This document shows, piece after piece, positions 36,697 to 48,419 of a DNA stretch of 64,000 nt. Location: the NCBI GenBank assembly GCA_010093745.1, contig MU005963.1, positions 206,217-270,216 of the forward strand. The letters are read 5' to 3'. The stretch's first letter is position 1; every line of letters starts with the position of its first letter. The DNA is from Piedraia hortae CBS 480.64. Lineage: Eukaryota. The translations under genes were made by a program, and so were the position numbers. The notes beneath the pieces are model-generated. The model was not told the DNA's origin and searched no databases. It saw nothing but the letters and a program-made list of their open reading frames with translations.

Positions 36697-37824
36697 ATGC
36701 CTGCAATGTCACTGCTCTCCATGCTCACCCGGACTGCTGTCCGTCGAGTCGACGATATAATGGATCTGGGACAGATGCCTGAACATCTTGCGAGACCGAT
36801 TTTGGATGCCGTCAAGAATCCAGCTCAACTCAAATCAATCGAGAACAAATCACCACACCTTCAAGCTGGAAACTCTGATTTGTGGAGAGCATTCATCAAG
36901 AAAGATATTCCCAACTGGTCTCAAAAGCTGAGTAAAGAAGGCACTCCTCTGCACGCCAAAGGCTGGCGAAAATTGTATTACAAGTGGAAAAAAGAAGCTG
37001 AAGAGGCCCAAAAAGCTGCCAAAGATGCTCTGGTCAAGACTCTCAAGGGTATTCAAGAAGAAAAGGAGGCGAATAAGACCAAAATAGTCCCCCGGATCAT
37101 CACCAACCCAAAGAGAAAGAAGCGGTCGACACCCGCATATATAATGAGGCCGCCACCGAGAAGTGTACAAATCAAAAATGTACCAAGCTGGGTTATTGCC
37201 GACGTCGACAGAGCGGAAAAGGTAAGGGCGGCAGAAGACAAGGCTTGGGAGGAGATGAAGAGGAGAAAGGCCGAGGCGGCGCAGTCTATTTCTGCCGCTC
37301 AAACTGCCATACCTCCGAGAGCTGTGCCTACCCAAAGAACCACACAGACATCCTCTAGAGCATCGGCAGCTCAGCCTGCTGGGCCACCGAGAGAAGTTGC
37401 TGGAAGCACTTCTAATACCCCTTCTCAGTCAACCGCTAAGCGAAAGCCGCCGACTGATGTGGACACCCCAGTTGACAAACAGCCTGTTAAATCTCCAAAG
37501 CGAAAGCAGCCGGCTGAGAGAAATGTTCTGACCCCTAAGACCAGGCATGCTGAACGGCCTAGCCAGACTGTTCAACCTCCAGAAGGGGTCCGGCCAACGA
37601 CAAGTCGCATTCTTACCCCCAAGCGCAGACGCACATCTCAGCCGTCTCCTGTCTCGCCAGCGTCCAGTCCAAAAGCACCTGCAACAACCTCTAACAACGG
37701 ATTATCCTCCGTGCCCAGATCTGTACCAGCAGCACCGAGCCTCGCTGAACCAAAGCCCAAGGCTATACTACGGAAGAGACCCCCACCCTCGGTCTTCATG
37801 CCATCTAAAAAAGCAAAGCATTAA
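36697..37824 (+). CDS. Elongin A-like protein (RNA polymerase II transcription factor SIII subunit A)
   Basis: N-terminal SLLSM...DLGQMPEHLARPILDAVKNPAQLKSIENKSPHL...LWRAFIKKD...WRKLY, then a basic low-complexity tail. Confidence 0.8.
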   Translation: MPAMSLLSMLTRTAVRRVDDIMDLGQMPEHLARPILDAVKNPAQLKSIENKSPHLQAGNSDLWRAFIKKDIPNWSQKLSKEGTPLHAKGWRKLYYKWKKEAEEAQKAAKDALVKTLKGIQEEKEANKTKIVPRIITNPKRKKRSTPAYIMRPPPRSVQIKNVPSWVIADVDRAEKVRAAEDKAWEEMKRRKAEAAQSISAAQTAIPPRAVPTQRTTQTSSRASAAQPAGPPREVAGSTSNTPSQSTAKRKPPTDVDTPVDKQPVKSPKRKQPAERNVLTPKTRHAERPSQTVQPPEGVRPTTSRILTPKRRRTSQPSPVSPASSPKAPATTSNNGLSSVPRSVPAAPSLAEPKPKAILRKRPPPSVFMPSKKAKH

Positions 37825-37895
37825 CAGGATGATGTGCTATGTATTAACAATTGTAACTGGCTATATGTTCATAACGTTCATGTACTGTACATAGG

Positions 37896-38344
37896 CTACG
37901 ATGTCTCGCGAAGGGCCTTCAACGCACCAGCAATTGCTTCCTTGGCTTTTGTAATTTCCTCAGGTGAGCTTTGGTCACCGGGGCCTTTGTCGTCCTCCTA
38001 GCTTGAAGTCAGCAAACGCTCAAAGATACCTATAGAAGAGCATACAAGCTGAGTCTCGAGCTTGGAAAGAGCTTCCTGGATCTTTTGTTTCATTTGCGGG
38101 AACAAGGCCTGTGTCTCTTCAAGCGCCTTGCGCTGTTGCAGTGTTAATAATCCACAGCTACGAAAGTCGAAATGAATACCTCCTGCTTCAGCAAGTATTC
38201 CGCATTTTCATCATCGCTGCCGCCTTTCTCCATCTTAGCAAGACGGGCTTTTTGGGCTTCGCATTCTTTATGGTAGCTAGCCTCTTCCTTGACCAAACGG
38301 TTCAAGGAAGAAGTTGCAATTGAAAGCTGGGACGGTGGGGCCAT
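37896..38344 (-). CDS. RBL2: Tubulin-binding cofactor A; introns 38179-38133 and 38045-37998
   Basis: MAPPSQLSIATSSLNRLVKEEASYHKE...ENAEYLLKQE/RKALEETQALFP...L/EDDKG...EEITKAKEAI. Confidence 0.92.
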
Positions 38345-38378
38345 TCTTCTGAGAAAGTTTTTTTTTTTTTTTTTTTTT

Positions 38379-38402
38379 NNNNNNNNNNNNNNNNNNNNNN
38401 NN
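38379..38402. other. Assembly gap (24 N) next to a poly-T run
   Basis: Run of n characters in the sequence. Confidence 1.
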
Positions 38403-38478
38403 TGTCAAGTAAAGTCAATAGTTTGTCACGTAGATGTCACGCAGTTGTCACAGTTAGGCGCTTAGAGAGCTTGCATTA

Positions 38479-38502
38479 GCGCGACGCGACCACGACGCGT
38501 CG
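38479..38502. promoter_or_regulatory. MCB-like cell-cycle boxes upstream of MCM4
   Basis: ACGCGA at 38484 and ACGCGT at 38495, within 50 bp of the MCM4 ATG. Confidence 0.6.
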
Positions 38503-38528
38503 TCTTCAACTCCACCAATCTACCCACC

Positions 38529-41500
38529 ATGTCGTCCCGCAGAGGCACTCCGAGACGCAATCGGCGCGCTCCTTCCATTGGCAATGCGCCGCCATCAAGC
38601 GACCAGCCTCTCCCCGAAGCGGCCACTCCCAGACGCGCCGCAAGGTCTTCCCAGATGACATCGCAGTCGCAAAACCCGCCCACATCCTCGCCCTTGTTCT
38701 TTGGTACCTCCCCAGCTAAAACGCAGAGCCAGTCGCAGGATCAAGATGTTGCCATGGGCGGAATGCCGTCCAGCCCAACCCGACGGCCGGATGACGGCGA
38801 TACCACGCCGCGTGCTACGAGAACTAGCCGGATGAGGGACTCATCGCCTCTACATTATGCCACAAGCTCCGAAGCTGCAGGCCCAGCGGGGCAGGTGCCG
38901 GGCAGCAGCTCAACGGGACTTTTTGTACCCGAGAACTCGTCAAACGCTCTTAACAGACGCCATGACATTCAGTCTGACATTCTACAATCCAGCGTTGGAC
39001 GTAGACGGCGGGTTTTTGTGGATGAGCAGGGAAATCCAGTCCAAAACCCGTCTGATGCAGCCACTTTTTCCAATGTCAATCCCAACACGTCCGATGCGGA
39101 TATGCTAGGCGGCCAGTCGAGCCGGTTCATCTGGGGGACAAATGTCTCCATTACCGATTCTTTTTCCTGCATGAAGGACTTTTTGCTCAATTTTCAGCAG
39201 AAATATCGGTCCATCTTGGACGAGGAGATGACTGAGACCCAAACTCTACCTGCTGGCCACCCGGGTTTGGAAAAGGTTAATGTGAGGATGTTGGAGACAA
39301 TGCTTGATTTGGGCACCAGAGAATTTTACCTAGACTGCCGGAATCTAAAGGCATATCCTTCTACTAAAAAGCTGTGGTATCAGGTGCAGAATTTTCCAGC
39401 AGAGATAATACCAATTATGGACGCTGCTGTCAAAGACGCTCTTATTGAGCTAGCTGAAAAGAGGCAGTCTGCTACAAGATCGTCGCAGATGCAGCAGCAA
39501 CGACAGCGTCGGGACATGAGCTCCATGCCACCCATGCCCAGCTCCGACATGGACAGTGCCAACGGAACAAATGGCGTCCGTCCACCGCAGCAGACGGAGG
39601 AGGTAGAAGACATTGTTGCCGAAGTGGAATCTAGGGTCTTTCGTGTGCGGCCTTTTGGTCTAGATGGGACCATCAACCTCCGTGAGTTGAACCCCAACGA
39701 CATGGACAAACTGGTCTCTATCAAGGGCTTGGTCATCCGCACAACCCCCATCATTCCAGACATGAAGGACGCCTTTTTCCGCTGCTCCGTCTGCCACCAT
39801 ACAGTCAAAGTAGACATTGATCGCGGCAAGATCGTGGAGCCGACCCGTTGTCCAAGAGAAGTGTGCAATTCAAGCAACAGCATGCAAATTGTGCACAACC
39901 GCTCTGGGTTTGCGGATAAGCAGGTGGTTAAACTGCAGGAAACGCCAGACGCCGTTCCTGATGGCCAGACACCGCACAGCGTAAGCCTGTGTTCCTACGA
40001 CGAGTTAGTGGACGTGTGTCGGGCCGGTGACCGTGTGGAGATCACAGGCATCTTCAAATGCAACGCCGTACGCGTCAATCCCCGACAGCGGTCAGTCAAG
40101 AACGTATTCAAAACCTATGTCGATTGTCTGCATATTCAAAAGGTCGATAAACGACGAATGGGCATCGATCCCTCGACCATCGAAGAGGAACTATCCGACC
40201 AAGCAGCGGGCGCTACGGAGGAAACCCGTCGGGTAACGGAAGAAGACGAAGCCAAGATCAAAGCCACAGCCGCTCGCCCGGACGTGTACGAACTCTTTGC
40301 CCGGTCTCTTGCGCCCAGCATCTACGAAATGGACGATGTCAAAAAAGGCATCCTCCTCCAACTATTCGGCGGAACGAACAAATCGTTCGAAAAAGGCGGC
40401 AGCCCCAAGTATCGAGGAGACATCAACGTCCTCCTCTGCGGCGACCCCTCAACCTCCAAATCAAAGATGCTCGAATACGTCCACTCCATCGCCCCCCGCG
40501 GGGTCTACACGTCCGGCAAAGGCTCCTCGGCCGTAGGCCTCACAGCGTACGTAACCCGCGACCCTGAAACTCGAAGCCTAGTCCTCGAATCCGGCGCACT
40601 CGTCCTCTCCGACGGCGGAGTCTGCTGCATCGACGAATTCGACAAGATGTCCGACTCTACCCGCTCCGTTCTCCACGAAGTAATGGAACAACAAACCGTC
40701 TCCATCGCGAAAGCAGGAATCATCACCACTTTAAACGCACGAACCTCAATCCTCGCCTCTGCAAACCCCATAGGCAGCAAGTATAACCTCGACCTCCCCG
40801 TCCCACAGAACATCGACCTCCCACCCACCCTCCTCTCCCGTTTCGACCTCGTCTACCTAGTCCTCGACCGCGTCGACGAATCCGCAGACCGCAAACTCGC
40901 CCGCCACCTCGTAGGGATGTACCTTGAGGATAGCCCCGAAAACGCCGCTCAGGCTGAAGTTTTGCCCATAGAATTCCTAACCCTCTACATCTCCTACGCG
41001 CGCGCAAACATCCACCCGCGTATTACCCCCTCCGCAGCGGACGCGTTGGTAGAAGCATACGTCTCGATGCGCAAACTAGGCGAGGATATCCGCTCCTCCG
41101 AGCGCCGCATCACAGCCACAACCCGCCAGCTTGAATCTATGATCCGCCTCTCTGAAGCGCACGCGAAGATGCGTCTCAGTCAGACCGTCAACGCGGAGGA
41201 TGTGCATGAAGCGGTACGGCTGATTCAGTCTGCGTTGAAACAGGCTGCGACGGATGCGAGGACGGGACTCATTGATATGGGGTTGTTGACGGAGGGGACG
41301 TCCGCGGCGGAGAGGAGGAGAAAGGAGGATTTGAAAAATGCTGTTTTTGGGGCGGTGGAGGAGATGGGCAGCGCACAAGGGGGTGTGGTTAGGGTGACGG
41401 AGTTGGTAAGGGTTGTGGGTGAGAGGGCGAGTGTTACGGTGTCGATGGAGGAGGTTATGGAGGCAGTTAGAGCGCTGGAACAGGAGGGAAGGGTGCAGGT

Positions 41501-41552
41501 TACGGGCGAAGGGGGTAGGAGGGGGGTCAGGGTTGTTGTTGGAGCTTTATAG
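38529..41552 (+). CDS. MCM4: DNA replication licensing factor Mcm4 (intronless)
   Basis: IWGTNVS, zinc finger, KLQETPDAVPDGQTPHSV, Mcm4-type Walker A GDPSTSKS, IDEFDKM, SRFD arginine finger. Confidence 0.98.
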   Translation: MSSRRGTPRRNRRAPSIGNAPPSSDQPLPEAATPRRAARSSQMTSQSQNPPTSSPLFFGTSPAKTQSQSQDQDVAMGGMPSSPTRRPDDGDTTPRATRTSRMRDSSPLHYATSSEAAGPAGQVPGSSSTGLFVPENSSNALNRRHDIQSDILQSSVGRRRRVFVDEQGNPVQNPSDAATFSNVNPNTSDADMLGGQSSRFIWGTNVSITDSFSCMKDFLLNFQQKYRSILDEEMTETQTLPAGHPGLEKVNVRMLETMLDLGTREFYLDCRNLKAYPSTKKLWYQVQNFPAEIIPIMDAAVKDALIELAEKRQSATRSSQMQQQRQRRDMSSMPPMPSSDMDSANGTNGVRPPQQTEEVEDIVAEVESRVFRVRPFGLDGTINLRELNPNDMDKLVSIKGLVIRTTPIIPDMKDAFFRCSVCHHTVKVDIDRGKIVEPTRCPREVCNSSNSMQIVHNRSGFADKQVVKLQETPDAVPDGQTPHSVSLCSYDELVDVCRAGDRVEITGIFKCNAVRVNPRQRSVKNVFKTYVDCLHIQKVDKRRMGIDPSTIEEELSDQAAGATEETRRVTEEDEAKIKATAARPDVYELFARSLAPSIYEMDDVKKGILLQLFGGTNKSFEKGGSPKYRGDINVLLCGDPSTSKSKMLEYVHSIAPRGVYTSGKGSSAVGLTAYVTRDPETRSLVLESGALVLSDGGVCCIDEFDKMSDSTRSVLHEVMEQQTVSIAKAGIITTLNARTSILASANPIGSKYNLDLPVPQNIDLPPTLLSRFDLVYLVLDRVDESADRKLARHLVGMYLEDSPENAAQAEVLPIEFLTLYISYARANIHPRITPSAADALVEAYVSMRKLGEDIRSSERRITATTRQLESMIRLSEAHAKMRLSQTVNAEDVHEAVRLIQSALKQAATDARTGLIDMGLLTEGTSAAERRRKEDLKNAVFGAVEEMGSAQGGVVRVTELVRVVGERASVTVSMEEVMEAVRALEQEGRVQVTGEGGRRGVRVVVGAL

Positions 41553-41749
41553 GACTATGTTGGTTGGGAGGGCAGAGTGGGTTGTTTTGTTGTGGGATGG
41601 TGTTGTTGGATGGCGGGGTGGACGTGATGGTTGTGAGGGCGAGTATGGTAATCCTTTCCCAGACACTTATAGTTGACTCTTGTGGTATGTAGACCCATAT
41701 CTAGCTACACAACCCGAGGTATGAAGGGGGGCAAACACTAAGACGATTA

Positions 41750-42300
41750 GATGATGAGATCTTCTGAAACAAAAATCATCTCTGAACCACAACAAATCAT
41801 CAGAGCACGCATATATGTGTCAAACACCCAACCCGCATCACAGCTCAATTCCGAACTCCAGCCCACGGGACAACCTGCGTTAAAGTAATAGTATATCGTC
41901 CCGACACAGTCCTGAATACTGTATGAGCAGCCAGCGAATCCAGGTATCAGTTGTGAAGTCCACACGCCGAACACACTCCCACAAAACATCCCGCAGTGTC
42001 CTTTCCTAGAGTTTGTCCAATTCACCAAGCCTTTCTCTAGCACATACGCCTTGCATCCCGGTAATCTGACCATCGAACTGCCTGAATTTGTTCCATTGAG
42101 GTGGATGGAAAGGGGCTGATTTGTTAGACTGTTGACGCCATCTCTCAGGACAGATGAGGTTCATGTGACGAATTACCAGCGCATCGTGAGCGTACACATT
42201 GTGGTTCGTGGTGTTGTCGAAGATCCACAATGCCTGGAACATTTCCCGAAGGGGGTTAAATGAAAAACCTTTAAGCGACTCTAACCCGCTACAACGCTAC
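41750..42300 (-). pseudogene. Degraded DDE transposase-like relic (probably IS630/Tc1-related)
   Basis: Frameshifted pieces FQALWIFDNTTNHNVYAHDAL...MNL, G.KAYVLEKGL and C...RALM resemble, from memory, a fungal family with FDN..NH..YA.DAL...MNL / KG.K.VL.ERGL / CCAR..M motifs. Confidence 0.45.
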
Positions 42301-45300
42301 AAGTGGGAACAGACGGTTGCTATGTGGCCCCAGTCTCCCTTCAACGGCCTACGACATCCCCCTTCCCCCCCTCCCCCTCACCACCCCACCGTGGACGACG
42401 GCAAAGAGCTTCCGCCATCCGTCGAAGAAGTGCTGGTACTTCACAACGTCTCAGTGTCCAGACGGATTGGCAAATGATCGGACAGCACGGATGGAAATAG
42501 CGGGCGAGATCCCGTATGTCGGTCAGGATGACGAGGGATCGCAATCGATAAACTCCAGAGAACAATCGTGTCGAAAAGCTCGTGACGACAGTAGGGCGCC
42601 TGAGGACTGTTCGATGGTCTGGAGGGTAAGAACAATGCCTGGCCAGCCAGTACAGCAATCCCAGCGCCCATGATGATATCATATTCGTCGTTTAAAGTGC
42701 TGTTGCGTTCTTTGGTTTTTTGACGTCAAATGTAGTGTCCCCTGGATGGAATATCCAGTCGCTGGTATCAGGAACCTTCTAAGCTTGCATCAGAACAACA
42801 AACACCTCCTCCCCCATTGCTTTTCCGAGGCTTAATCAGGCGCCGGCGCTGAATACCCCGACAATTGAATGAATTCCATCCCACATGGAATGTCCCTCGG
42901 GAGGTGGGGCTGCGGTGGAGCTACTTCAGGGCGGCTACGCCCCTGTCACCTATCATTCACGCCGGGGAACGTGGTAGTAGACGGTGATTTTCATTCTTGG
43001 TTTTGGGGAACAGTGTGAGTCTGACTTGGTGACATGGTGTTTTCCAACACGGAGGTGTCATTCTCCTGGCTCGTCTGATACCTCCACTGTTCTACCCCCT
43101 TTGCTGTGTGGTCAGAAGGTAAATTTGGTGATGGTTGCGCCGCTCGTTCCAGGTTTGTCCTCGGTCCTGGTCGTCTGTTTCGGGTGCCCGTTAGTGAGCG
43201 TCTGTCTTCGTGTATTCGTTCATTGTGTACCTAAGGCTATCACCTCCTTGCGGGCTCTCTTCCTTCCGACAACGATAGAAAGGCGTTGGTGTCCTCGTGT
43301 GCTTGACACGGCATAGGTCCGTTGGGGGTTCCTCGTATCACCTTTTTGCAAGTTCTCGCTCTTTTGTCGCTAGTTCGCAGTTTCGAGATAAGGTGTCGTC
43401 TCGATGAAGTGGGGCCTGCGTAGGGACCTGTTGAGGTTGGTATGAATGGAGTCGATTTGATGCGAATGGTAGGTTTTTGTTGGAGTGGCGCTTATTATAG
43501 GCGTGTGGGAATTATCAACGGAGACATTCATGCGTGAGCTGTTGCTCCTGAGTCTAGGATCCAGTAGTCATTGCCGCAGAATATAGTGACGTGTTCTTCG
43601 ATGTTACCATATTCTTGGCAAGTCGTGGTTCTGGGTTAGTGGCTCTTCAACTGTTCTCGGATGTTTTCATTGCCTGGGGCTGGAGTTCGAGTTAAGGGGC
43701 TTCTTCCTGCTCGACACCTCCGAAGTCTCTTTGGCATGGAGGACTTTGGCAGCAATCTTGCATGAGGTGGGGGTCAAATGCTCAATGCTTGCCTCCAAAC
43801 TCCTGTAAGCCTTTGGTGCTTTCCACGCGCTTCTGAGCGGGCCTCTGCGATTGGCCTTACACGATTGGACAAAGTCGATGTTTGCATGCCTCATTCAAGT
43901 CATGCATGCTGAATTTTGCCGCATGACGTATCGGGCCGGCGCAGACCGGGAGATGCAAACACTTCCCTATCCTCGTATGTACAGTAGCAAACATTCTTGT
44001 AGAGGAATGTAATGCTCGCAAGCATTCCTCTGTTGCGGTGTTCATTAACGGCTCAGAGCCTCCATGTTTGAGGGCACTTTGCGTGCTCTCTTGGGTGTTC
44101 AGCTTCACCACTGAACTAGCGTAATGCGCAATTTGACCGCATTCGCCAAGGTCTTGCTATAGTGCGGTTTCGTCCCAGGAATACGAACATGTTGGGAATT
44201 TCGTCATGAATGTCGTTGCAAGTGGATCGCCCCGAGCCTAGTGCAGGCTTGGCACACTGACCCGCAGTGAGAATTACCACATGTCAAATACTCTTGAAGT
44301 TGAAAATACGAACAGCACGGCTATCATCAACACGATCTTAATTATTACTCCCTTGTAGATAACATTTTGAAGGATACGCGAATCTCTTCAACACCCACAA
44401 CCGCATTATAGATATGTAAACACTGGCTGAACCGTCAGCGATCGCTTCCCCCACAGGCCTTTCGAATGCTTCCATATAGGTGGACGCATTCCAGGGATTC
44501 AACATCTGGGAATGATGTTTCCTCAGCTTACTGAGATATAACGGACCAGTCTCCCACATGGGTGGCGCTCTTAACCTCCTACAAGAAAATATCACGCTCT
44601 CTCCAGCATGAGCAACATCATAATGGACCCAGACTTGATGGTCATGCAGACACAAGAACAGACAACGAAAAACAATGGCCGTCGGCAGTGGCTGCTCCAA
44701 GACTTTACCATAACTAACCTCTGGTCTAACGCTGCCAAGTATGTGTTTGCTCCTGTTGGTTTATACGGCTGTGCTGACAGATTGCAGTCATAATCACTTT
44801 GTTGTTGGCGGTGATTACAACAATTCTTCATCGAAAAGGTCAATACCATGTGGGTGTTGTGATCCTGCACGCCATCATCATTGATTTGCTGGCTGTCTTC
44901 ACCCCGAAAACACCCACTAGGTACACGGTGTGTCGCAGAGTGGCTCCTTTTTGAACTTGAGTACACACGATGTTTTGCGGAGTGATCCCAGTTTCTTGCA
45001 GTCTGACCAAAGGATGCCAATAGAAGGCAAAGTCTTCGACGCTCTGCATGGCCTAGAGCAACACGGAAGTCCGGTGTTACCGCTTGGCAAGTAGGACAAA
45101 CGCTCGGGCCTGCTCAGAAGATTTTTGGCAAGGACTCGTAAACACACCATGGCCAACAACCGGCCGCACTCGGCAAAGGGTCTATGTGCTTGGAAGGTAC
45201 TGCATGGCTCGCAGTCCCGATGCCTCTATTTAATGATGACGAATTGTTGGGGAGCTTTTGCATTGCATGTGATGCGGGTCTGGCTGGATGCATGCATGTT

Positions 45301-46084
45301 TGGCATGCATTACGTGCTCAGATGCCTTTGTAATAGCCTTTGCTTTCTGCTGTTGCCTTGCCTGGCCTTGGACATAGGCTCGCACATTGCTTTGCCCCAC
45401 TCTTCCGATAAAATCTCCGTGGACCAAAACTTCTCCGCATCATACCGATATCTGAACAGAACATCACAACAACATCCAGCCATTTGGTTTTATCTTCACG
45501 ACAATTTTCCATCATCATCATTATGACAACTATTTCGCAGACCGCTAAGAACTTGGCCGCTGACCAGGTCATGGTTGATACCCCAGAGCAGAGCCTGCCG
45601 ATCCATGCCCGGTTCTGTTTACTGCGCTGGCAATGAGGCCGGGTTTCCGTGGACTGGACTAGAGTTCGTTGAACCCTCATATCCATATTACGATGAGCGA
45701 GCTGGCATCAGTGCAGTGCTCTCAAGCGCCATATCATCGCCTCAATCAGAGGGTAACATTTGTAGAGACCTGATCATCTCGTCTTTCGTGTGCGTCTCAC
45801 CGCCACACAGTCCCTCTTTCACCCCTCGAGGTCTTTGTGGAGCTCGACGTTGTATGCCTGGGCTCAAATAAAATCGTGGCATTCTTCACTGTCGACTCAT
45901 TGCGACGGCTTTATCATTTCATGTTGTTGTAACGAAAGGCCTGTCAAGTTAATTTATACCAGACGCTACCCACCAAAAGGGACATGTATACACTGCCAAC
46001 CCTCTCGCGTCATGTCACATCATTTTCTCACTCTTTTCACGTCATGTAGCGAGATCGTGTACATCACGTGCCATGATGTAGGAT

Positions 46085-48258
46085 GTGACGCAGCAAGATG
46101 CGGAACGCCTTGCTCCGGGGTTCGTGGAATTCATAACGAAACCACATCCTGCTCGAGCCTTTGTAACGAAATATGGAGCTGAAGTCTCCCAATTCAACAT
46201 CAATTTCTGGACGGATGGCACAAGCGCCACAACCACTTCCAAATGGAACCCTCTGGAGGTTTGGTCACTTACCTTTTCCGGGAAGCCACGTGTAGTGAGT
46301 ACTATCCTGCATTCGCAACCAATGCGGTACGGTCACTAATGGCTTTCAAGGAATATTTCCATACCTCCGCCAACCATTTCGTGGCTGTTGGGGCAAGGAT
46401 GAAGGGCAATACCATGATTGATAGCCTCACTCCTGAGTTCGTCCGGCTCCAACGGGGAATCAAAGCTTTTGATCCTCGGCGTAAGAGAGCGCAGGTCGTC
46501 TTTGGAGGGGTTACCATGGCTCTCGCAGATATTCCTGCAGATTCTGGTGTGATCTCCCATCAGCACACGTGTAACTGCTCTTGCCGGAATTGCTTGTTCA
46601 ACAAAGCAAGTGTTACGTCGTGGCAAGATGTGGCTTCGGCGGCAGCACCCAGATCCAAAAAGTACTCTCGGGCACTTGAGAGAACTGAGAATGGCATCAA
46701 GCCACCAATCTCCTCACTATACCACTTGGAAGGATTTGATCCGCACCAGGATATCCCATTTGAAATATTGCATGGTGTGCCACTGGGGTTTGTCAGAAGC
46801 CTCTGGCACCAGTCGTTGTATGACCCGACGATCAAGTCAGACTTTGAGGAGTTGGCCCTCTGCGTAGCCTCATCAAGCCTGGATGGTATGAACAGTTTTT
46901 TAGACGCGCAACAGATCCTGCTTTGGAGCAAGTCCTTTGTGGTTTCGGATTATCCGGCTTTGATTGAGATCTGGCTGGCAACTTTGGTCTCCTTCTATTC
47001 CTCAAGGGGACGGACAGGTCGGTCCGTAGGCTCCTGCTGCTGTGGTGCGTCGCAGCCGATCTTGCCAGGATGATATATTCTAGGCAGATCGAAGACATTA
47101 ACCTGTGGGAAGCACTATTCAAGCATCGTTACGAACGTATGCTTCAGCTATGGACCGACGTCTGGGGTCTGGACAGCATCAGAAACAAAACAAAGCTTCA
47201 TATGCTTGTCCATGTGCCTGAAATGGTGCGCAGATTTGGCCCACCGCAAGGAACATCCTCGGAGATCCCAGAGTCGCTCAATCGGCACCTGCGGGGTTAC
47301 GTACGGCACTCAAACCATCAAGCAAATTCCTTTGATGCCGCTGGTCATGCGTCAATTCGAGCGGCTCAAATTTATCTTGTCAACCGGGGTTGGTGGTGTC
47401 ATGATGGCACACATATGACACAGGCCGGGAAGAAGTGCATCTAGGCTCTCAATCAGCCGAGGATGCGACGTCTGCTGGGCCTTCCCGTTGAACTGGCTGC
47501 ACCCACCCACACGATGAGCAAACGATTGCCTCCAGGGGATTTGCCAGCTCATGATGGGCTTTTTACGAAGTTTGGCTTGGGCTGGTCCCAAAACTCGTAC
47601 AAGGCATTTACCCGCTTGCTTGCACCTGTCAAATCCAGTGTTGGGTCGTTTGTCAAATGTGGTGGTCAGACTATTTTCCGGCTCAGATATCTCTTGAAAC
47701 AGCTGGGCACAGCCCATCATGTCGCCCTTCTTAAGGAATTTTGTACAACCACATTGGAAGACCAGCATGGCACCTTTGGGTTTCCTCTCTTGGCCTCTCG
47801 TGAGCGATTCACAACAGTGCCCGTGGGCTCGATCTCCAATGTCCTAAACGTGCAACACTTCTGCACTGTGGATTGCCGAAAAGTTTGGGTGCCTAACGCA
47901 ACCAGAAGAGAACGGAAAATCGTTGAAGGGTTTGCTTGGAGGCACTCCACAGACGGCGCGTATGGCAATCGCTGGATCGAAAACATCCACATGCTAACGC
48001 ATGATAATTGACCCTGCTGGGCTATCTGAGATTAAAATATGCAAGAGATTTGTAAGGGGATTTAGTATTATCTGATTTTTCCAGTTAAGACTGTACTTAT
48101 GGCAAAACGGCCGTGTTCTCTTTTGATATTTATGTGTATGTGCTTGACTTGCCAATAGCCTTGATATGTTTGCGACATGTCGAGATTAGTTGCCGCATGA
48201 TGCTGCGTCACGCAACCTACCCCGCATGACGCAGCATCATGCCGGGGGGTTGGCTGTG
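46085..48258 (+). mobile_element. Decayed CACTA/EnSpm (CMC)-like DNA transposon: disrupted transposase and candidate right end
   Basis: Collinear motifs FWTDGTSATTTSKWN, LADIP...CNCSCRNC, GFDPHQDIPFEILHGVPLG, KTKLHMLVHVPEMVRRFGP...SSE.PESLN...SNHQANS and VLNVQHFC. Broken by frameshifts (~46260, ~47030) and a TAG at 47442. A subterminal 16-bp inverted repeat precedes a ...GGCTGTG end. Left end not found. Confidence 0.65.
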
Positions 48259-48419
48259 TAGTCAATCTCTACGGTATTGGCTATCACTAGCAGTGACTAA
48301 TAAGTTTATATGATGTTCCAGTGTTGTGCTGTCTTGTTTCAGCGTTGGCGGCTTTCGAGGTGTAGTTCAATTCCGCGCTTGTACCTTGGCTTTTACGGAC
48401 ATCTCTTCCATTCAACACC

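Noticed and set aside
42984..45520. Scattered short ORFs upstream of the EnSpm-like transposase
   Set aside because: Possibly a decayed second gene of the element, but I could not recognise any motif or left terminus.
47442..47444. In-frame TAG in the transposase (also the TAGs in the PIF1 relic) as further editing sites
   Set aside because: These genes carry frameshifts and other lesions, and the positions are not recognisable conserved Trp. Ordinary decay, possibly RIP-type C-to-T, is simpler.
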